A stretch of DNA of 64,000 nucleotides from Elusimicrobiales bacterium (GTDB lineage: Bacteria; Elusimicrobiota; Elusimicrobia; Elusimicrobiales; UBA9959), in contig JAVHLJ010000010.1 in NCBI GenBank assembly GCA_031082205.1, forward strand, positions 954-64,953. Direction: 5' to 3'. Below the pieces are notes generated by a model, which searched no databases, was not told the origin of the DNA, and saw only the letters and a program-made list of their open reading frames with translations. Below are positions 59,129 to 64,000 of the stretch, in pieces (the stretch's first letter is position 1; every line of letters starts with the position of its first letter). Both the position numbers and the translations under genes were made by a program.

Positions 59129-59986
59129 ATGACGGGATACGGGATAAAGATACAGGCCGGGGTCGGGGGCTTCGCGGAAATGAGGCGCTTCATCGCCGCG
59201 GGAGCGGACGAGCTCTACGGCGGTATTTCGTCCGTGCCCAGCCACGTCTACGGCGCCGATAATTTTTCTTCGCCCGGGGAGCTGCTGCGGGCGGCCGCGG
59301 AGGCCCGCGCCGCCGGGCTCAAATTCTTCTTCGTGGCCAACGAGGTCGGCGGCCGGCTGCTGGAGCATGCCGCGCGCGTCATAAAGAAGCTCGGCCCGGG
59401 CGTGGACGGCGTGATAGTGAAGGACCTGGCGCTGCTGCGCCGTCTGGCGGAACTTAAGGTTAAAGGCTTTTACATCCTGAGCACGCTGGCCTGCTGCTAC
59501 AACTCGCGGACCCTGGAACTCTACCGCCGTCTGGGCGTGCGGCGCCTGGCGCTTCCCGAGCACCTGACGCCGGCCGAAGCCGCGGGGATGATGCGCCGCG
59601 GCGTCGGGACGGAGGTTTTCATCAAGGCCCGCGAGTATTGCGTCAACGCCAACGGTCTCTGCTTCCTGCAGTTCGGTCCGGAGAACCGCTGCTTCTGCCG
59701 CGACGAGTTCCGTGCCGCCGGGAAGGCTTTCCGTATGCCAGGGCCGTCCGCCGCCGAACAGTTCGGGCAACTCTACGATTTTGTAAAGCTGGGCGCCCGC
59801 ACGATAAAGGTCGGCCGCTCGCCCAGGCCCGAAGGCGCGGCGCTGGTCTTCAAAGAGGCCTCGGCGCTGCGCGATATGCTGGAGGCGGGGGAGCCGCGCG
59901 GCTCTTTCGTTAAAAAAGCGCTGCGCGTGCACGCCGCCATCGAGAAGGGCTTCGACGCCCTGCGCGCCGGGGAGGCCCGGAAATGA
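59129..59986 (+). CDS. Peptidase U32 family Fe-S hydroxylase-like protein
   Basis: AGADELYGG, DGVIVKD, RRLALP, CX6CX9CXC and IKVGR. Confidence 0.75.
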   Translation: MTGYGIKIQAGVGGFAEMRRFIAAGADELYGGISSVPSHVYGADNFSSPGELLRAAAEARAAGLKFFFVANEVGGRLLEHAARVIKKLGPGVDGVIVKDLALLRRLAELKVKGFYILSTLACCYNSRTLELYRRLGVRRLALPEHLTPAEAAGMMRRGVGTEVFIKAREYCVNANGLCFLQFGPENRCFCRDEFRAAGKAFRMPGPSAAEQFGQLYDFVKLGARTIKVGRSPRPEGAALVFKEASALRDMLEAGEPRGSFVKKALRVHAAIEKGFDALRAGEARK

Positions 59987-60696
59987 GGCCGGAAAAAGCC
60001 GCCGTCCTCCCTTACGGGCTGACCGCGAGGGAGTATCCCGACTTTGTCCGCCGCTGGGACCGGGTATATTGCGGCAGTTCCTTCTGTCCCGGCCTCGCCC
60101 CGTCGAAGGAGGCGGTGTCCGCCCTATACCGCGCCGGCGCGCGGGCGGTCACCGTGCTGACCCCTTTCGTCACCGACGAGGCCCTGGCGAAGCTCGTGAA
60201 GCTCTTCGGCGGAATGGCGAGAGCCGGCCTCCGCCCGGAGATAGCCGTCAGCGACCTGGGCCTGCTCTCCGCCCTGCGCTCCGGTCCCTGGCGCCGCGGC
60301 TCCTTCACTCTTGGCCGTCCTCTCTCCCACGATTTCCTGCGCATGCCGGTCACCTTCCTGAAGAAGTTCTTCGCGGAGAACGGTATCGCAATGCTGGAGA
60401 CCGACGAGGCGGACATGGCGGAGGGACTTCCGGCGCGGGGATTGAAAGTCGCTTTCCATTACCCGCTGCGCTTCGTGACCATGAGCCGCTGCTGCCCGTG
60501 GACCGGGCGGATGGGGAGCTGCTCCCGTCCCGTCTGCGCCGGGCGGCGCAAAGTGCTGACGGCCCCGGGAATGACCGCGCCCGGAGGGAAGAAGCCGGGA
60601 CGGCTGATACTGTCGGAGAACGCCTATTTCTTCGGCGGCGGCCGTCCGCCGGACCATCCCGCCGTCGCTCGCACGGTATTCGCTCCCGGAGCCTAG
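59983..60696 (+). CDS. U32-like partner subunit (UbiV-like)
   Basis: RVYCGSSFC, VLTPFVTD, VSDLGLL and SRCC...C...C; ATGA overlap with the upstream U32 gene. Confidence 0.6.
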   Translation: MRPEKAAVLPYGLTAREYPDFVRRWDRVYCGSSFCPGLAPSKEAVSALYRAGARAVTVLTPFVTDEALAKLVKLFGGMARAGLRPEIAVSDLGLLSALRSGPWRRGSFTLGRPLSHDFLRMPVTFLKKFFAENGIAMLETDEADMAEGLPARGLKVAFHYPLRFVTMSRCCPWTGRMGSCSRPVCAGRRKVLTAPGMTAPGGKKPGRLILSENAYFFGGGRPPDHPAVARTVFAPGA

Positions 60697-60713
60697 CGCG
60701 GCCCGGGCCGGCC

Positions 60714-61451
60714 TCACTCCTCGCCGAATTCCGTTATGTTCTTCCTGTATTTGAGCGGCACGAACTGCCGCTGCAGGCCGGGGTTGAGCCTTTCCTTTAT
60801 CGCGACGGAATCGAAGAAGGCGCGCCAGAGCGACGCGGTGCGCTTTTCTTTTTCGGACGGCGGCGGCACCGAGGCTTCCAGCGCCGAGACCAGCCGCAGC
60901 CGGCCGCCGGCGTGCATCGCGGCCAGGCCGCGCTTTTTATCGTGGAGTATCCAGTTGAAGCCCGCCATCCGGCGGCGAAAATGATTGGTGATGAGCGGCA
61001 GTATATTGTGGTCCGGCTCTATTTCCGAGTAGAGCGTGCCGTCTTCGAGCTCGCGGAAGCGGACCAGGCCCTTGAATCGGTGCGCCTCGCGCAGGACCGC
61101 CAGGGCCGTCTTATGCGCCCGGTTGACCACCGGATCGGCCAGCCGGTCGTTAAGTCCTTTGCCCGCGGCGAAAGCGCGCCGCGCGTAGGCCAGCATCAGC
61201 GCGTCGCGGTCCTTCTCTTTGGAGAGGAAGCAGAGCTTTATATTGTCCACGGTGTCCGGGCCCGAAACCGCGGACACCCGCTCCAGGAACTCGGCCGCCT
61301 TCCTGCCGTCGCTCTCGACTTCGTTGGCCGGGGCGAACAGATCGTCCTGGGCGGGCGTCCGGTCGGCCATCTCGGCGGCCGGGTCGCTCACCGCCGCGGC
61401 CAGGGCGCAGACCAGGCCAGTGAAGGTGCCGTCGTGGACGTAGGCGCTCAC
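60714..61451 (-). CDS. Putative DNA repair protein, TIGR03915/DUF4130 type
   Basis: HDGTFTGL, EAHRFKGLVRF, EPDHNIL and LWRAFFDSVAIKERLN. Confidence 0.88.
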   Translation of the reverse strand: MSAYVHDGTFTGLVCALAAAVSDPAAEMADRTPAQDDLFAPANEVESDGRKAAEFLERVSAVSGPDTVDNIKLCFLSKEKDRDALMLAYARRAFAAGKGLNDRLADPVVNRAHKTALAVLREAHRFKGLVRFRELEDGTLYSEIEPDHNILPLITNHFRRRMAGFNWILHDKKRGLAAMHAGGRLRLVSALEASVPPPSEKEKRTASLWRAFFDSVAIKERLNPGLQRQFVPLKYRKNITEFGEE

Positions 61452-62713
61452 GCGGGCGCCCCCGCCGGGGCGGTTTCCGGGGCCGGCTCAAAAAGTTCCG
61501 GCTGCGCGGGTTTTCCCGACGGGCCTTCCAGAAGCTTTGCGCGTATAGCCGCGGGGTCGTCGCGCCGCAGGCCGCCGTATATCCCGCCCGCCGTCACGAA
61601 ATAGACCGCCCGCTTCATCACCGCGCCAAGGCGGGAGAGGTCCTCCAGCCGCAGGCTCCCGGCCCGCCGCGCGCGCACTATCCTTTTGGCCGTCAGCACG
61701 CCGAAGCCGGGCACTCGCAGCAGCTCCTCGTAGGGCGCTTTGTTGACCTCCACCGGGAAGCGGTCCAGGTTGCGCAGCGCCCAGACCGTCTTGGGGTCGA
61801 AGGTCAGGTCCAGGCAGGGGCATTTCTCGTCGAGCAGTTCGTCCGTGCTGAAGCCGTAGAAGCGCAGCAGCCAGTCGGCCTGGTAGAGCCGGTGCTCGCG
61901 CCGCAGCGGCGGCTCTTTCACTGCCGGCAGGCGGCTGTCCGTGGTCGCGGGCACGAAGGCGGAATAGTAAACCCGTTTGAGCCCCAGCTTGTCGTATAGC
62001 GACTGGCTGAGCTTCATTATCTGCAGGTCGCTCTCGGGGCTGGCGCCGACTATGAACTGAGTGCTCTGGCCGCCGGGCGCGCAGGGCGGGGCCTTGTGGC
62101 TTTTGCGGCGCTCTTCTTTGCCGGCCGCGATTGAATCGGCGAGTTGCGCCATCGGCTTGAGCACGCCGTCGCGGCTTTTCTCGGGCGCCAGGCGCTCCAG
62201 CGAAGCGGCGCTGGGCAGCTCTATGTTGACGCTGACGCGGTCGGCGTAGAGCGCGGCCAGGTCCACCAGCCGCCTGTCGCAGCCGGGTATCACTTTGAGG
62301 TGTATGTAGCCGGGGAACTTGTGATCGACGCGGAGCTTGCGCGCGGCGCCTATCATCAGCTCCATCGTGTAATCCGGGCTGCGCGCGACGCCGGAGCTCA
62401 GGAACAGTCCCTCGATATAGTTGCGGCGGTAGAAATCCATGGTGAGGCCGGCTATCTCGTCGGGAGTGAGGAGAGCGCGCGGCGTATCGGAGGAGCGGCG
62501 GTTCACGCAGTAGGCGCAGTCGTAGACGCAGAGATTGGTCATCAGGATCTTGAGCAGCGAGACGCACCTGCCGTCGGCCGACCAGCTGTGGCAGCAGCCG
62601 GGCACGCGCTCCGCGCGGCCGCCCGCGCCCGGGCGCGTCGAGCCCGACGAAGCGCAAGAGGCGTCGTACTTGGCGCCGGCCGTGAGTATCTCTATCTTGC
62701 GCCGCAGGTCCAT
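61448..62713 (-). CDS. Putative DNA modification/repair radical SAM protein, TIGR03916 type
   Basis: AKYDASCASSG, CVYDCAYC, REHRLYQADWLLRFYGF and a C-terminal HhH. Confidence 0.92.
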   Translation of the reverse strand: MDLRRKIEILTAGAKYDASCASSGSTRPGAGGRAERVPGCCHSWSADGRCVSLLKILMTNLCVYDCAYCVNRRSSDTPRALLTPDEIAGLTMDFYRRNYIEGLFLSSGVARSPDYTMELMIGAARKLRVDHKFPGYIHLKVIPGCDRRLVDLAALYADRVSVNIELPSAASLERLAPEKSRDGVLKPMAQLADSIAAGKEERRKSHKAPPCAPGGQSTQFIVGASPESDLQIMKLSQSLYDKLGLKRVYYSAFVPATTDSRLPAVKEPPLRREHRLYQADWLLRFYGFSTDELLDEKCPCLDLTFDPKTVWALRNLDRFPVEVNKAPYEELLRVPGFGVLTAKRIVRARRAGSLRLEDLSRLGAVMKRAVYFVTAGGIYGGLRRDDPAAIRAKLLEGPSGKPAQPELFEPAPETAPAGAPA

Positions 62714-62873
62714 CCTTACATTATAGAAAAGGGGCGCGACAGCGTAGTGTCGCACCCCCTCCGCCCCGGCGCCCGCCGGGCGGAAGAGGGAACCGGCGGT
62801 TCCCACGCGAAAATTTCAGAAAAACGCGCCGCCGGAAGGGGAGAAAGCGGGGGAGTTTGCGATAATCGCGCTT

Positions 62874-63075
62874 ATGTTCCCTACAGATAAGACCGCCGCC
62901 GCGGACCTGATGTCCGACATCACCGGCCGCCTGGTGGGCACAACCGGACCAACAACCAGCCCGCCTTCTGCTGGTACCCGGCCGTGGGCCACTCGCCCTC
63001 CAAGGGGATAGAGGCCTGCTTCCCCTCGGGCAGCCCCCGACGGCTACGACGAAATGCATTGGACCGGGGCCCCGC
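62874..63075 (+). pseudogene. Probable frameshifted gene remnant
   Basis: GATAAT-N7-ATG; host-like GC3 codons hop across frames (MFPTDK...LVG / HNRTNNQPAFCWYP...SP / DGYDEMHWTG). Confidence 0.35.
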
Positions 63076-63161
63076 CTCGCCTCTTTTCGCGTTAAATAGC
63101 GCTGATATTCTCGTTTGAAAATATAAATATAGTTAGATCCCCGGCGCCTCATAGGCTATTG

Positions 63162-63178
63162 TTGGCATATAAAATGCT
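63162..63178 (+). promoter_or_regulatory. sigma54-type promoter (-24/-12)
   Basis: TTGGCATATAAAATGCT has exact GG-N10-GC spacing, about 60 bp before the ATG, after an AT-rich tract. Confidence 0.6.
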
Positions 63179-63240
63179 CTAAAACTATCGCCAGGGGGTT
63201 CCTGGCTGGTAACTTAGGTACAGAAAAGAGAGGTTAAGCC

Positions 63241-63555
63241 ATGACAAGTAAAGAAATACCGTCCCGGCGTGAAGCGCTGAAGCGGATGGCCAAAGTCTCC
63301 TTCGGTATGGGTTTGGGCCTTCAGCTTATCGGCGCCTTTGTCCCACAGGCCGAGGCCGCGGCGCCGGGGAGGATTTCCCCCAGGTTCGATACCATAGGGA
63401 AAGTCTCCCTGCCCGCCGGTCTCCCGAACGGGGTGTCGCAGGACAATACCCTGCGCGGCTGCGGCGTCTACACCAAGGGCGGGGGGTATGCCCAGAACGG
63501 CTACGCCGACTATGGGAGATACCAGGACTACGTAAATGACGGTAACTGCGGCTGA
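63241..63555 (+). CDS. Tat-signal small protein with a Tyr/Gly-rich C-terminus; candidate radical-SAM-modified RiPP precursor
   Basis: GAGGT RBS; SRREALK twin-Arg motif, AEA cleavage site; core GCGVYTKGGGYAQNGYADYGRYQDYVNDGNCG. Confidence 0.75.
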   Translation: MTSKEIPSRREALKRMAKVSFGMGLGLQLIGAFVPQAEAAAPGRISPRFDTIGKVSLPAGLPNGVSQDNTLRGCGVYTKGGGYAQNGYADYGRYQDYVNDGNCG

Positions 63556-63562
63556 TACGCTT

Positions 63563-63597
63563 CCATGCCGCCGCGGGTGATCCCCGCGGCGGTATGG
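63563..63597 (+). other. 15-bp intercistronic stem-loop without a U tract
   Basis: CCATGCCGCCGCGGG-TGATC-CCCGCGGCGGTATGG between the precursor and the radical SAM gene. Confidence 0.75.
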
Positions 63598-63611
63598 GCC
63601 ATGGAGAAAAG

Positions 63612-64000
63612 ATGCCAAATATCCTTCTTACACAGAAATGCGTGCGCTCGTGTCCCTACTGCTTCGCAAGGAAGCAGATGAACGAGAACGACGGCGGGGA
63701 CACTCTCAAGTGGGAAGACCTCGTCTACCTCGCCGACATGTTCGCGCAGGGCGGCTGCAAGGAGATGCGCTTCCTCGGCGGCGAGCCGACGCTGCACCCG
63801 GCCTTTTCCGATTTTGTCGCTTATTCGCTCCAGCGCGGATTCTCGGTCACGGTATTCACCAGCGGGATCATGTCCGACAAGGTCAAGGCCGGGCTTCGCC
63901 GGGTTTACAAGACCTTCCCCGGGGCCGATAAGGACCTCTCCTTCCTCTGCAACCTCAACGACCCGGAAGTGTCGCCCCCGGAAGAGACAAAAAAGGTCGA
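63612..64000 (+). CDS. Radical SAM protein (3'-truncated by the window edge; absent from the ORF track)
   Basis: GGAG RBS; MPNILLTQKCVRSCPYCFA (CxxxCxxC) and FLGGEPTLHP. Confidence 0.9.
   Translation, partial: MPNILLTQKCVRSCPYCFARKQMNENDGGDTLKWEDLVYLADMFAQGGCKEMRFLGGEPTLHPAFSDFVAYSLQRGFSVTVFTSGIMSDKVKAGLRRVYKTFPGADKDLSFLCNLNDPEVSPPEETKKV

Noticed and set aside
60714-62713. TIGR03915/TIGR03916 pair as a novel system
   Set aside because: It is a widespread, already catalogued gene pair with nothing unusual here.
63553-63600. Selenocysteine readthrough (Cys-Gly-UGA followed by a hairpin as SECIS)
   Set aside because: The hairpin is a long, nearly perfect GC stem unlike a bulged bacterial SECIS, and readthrough would run out of frame into the radical SAM gene. 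It cannot be fully excluded without checking selABCD.

Overview
GC-rich bacterial chromosome window, probably Elusimicrobiota (inferred from gene content and synteny, not proven). Left to right it holds: (1) a Wzx/Wzy-type surface polysaccharide locus with wza-wzc (1-15.2 kb); (2) a three-gene coiled-coil operon; (3) a long minus-strand housekeeping block (glmM-pdxJ-glmS-acpS-nnrD-thiL-tsaE-tsaB-rimI-TPR-ispE-spoVG-tRNA-Gln-GIY-YIG-glmU-prs-rplY-pth); (4) a ~1.8 kb cargo-free large serine recombinase element between convergent tRNA-Ser and tRNA-Glu genes; (5) a complete shikimate operon with chorismate mutase, then prfB-tatD-metH; (6) a U32 pair and the TIGR03915/03916 pair; (7) at the right edge, a sigma54-type promoter ahead of a Tat-signal, Tyr-periodic small protein followed by a radical SAM gene. 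The best candidates for new biology are the recombinase element and the Tat/radical-SAM RiPP-like cluster. In the recombinase element, joining the two ends at an in-phase 9-bp repeat would create a palindromic att-like site and swap the enzyme's C-terminus, and its leader is densely structured. Also notable: a dispersed ~110-165 bp hairpin repeat, an orphan promoter-hairpin-U-tract sRNA candidate, and an aroK with no ATG/GTG/TTG start. All family assignments come from motif recognition by eye; no database searches were run.
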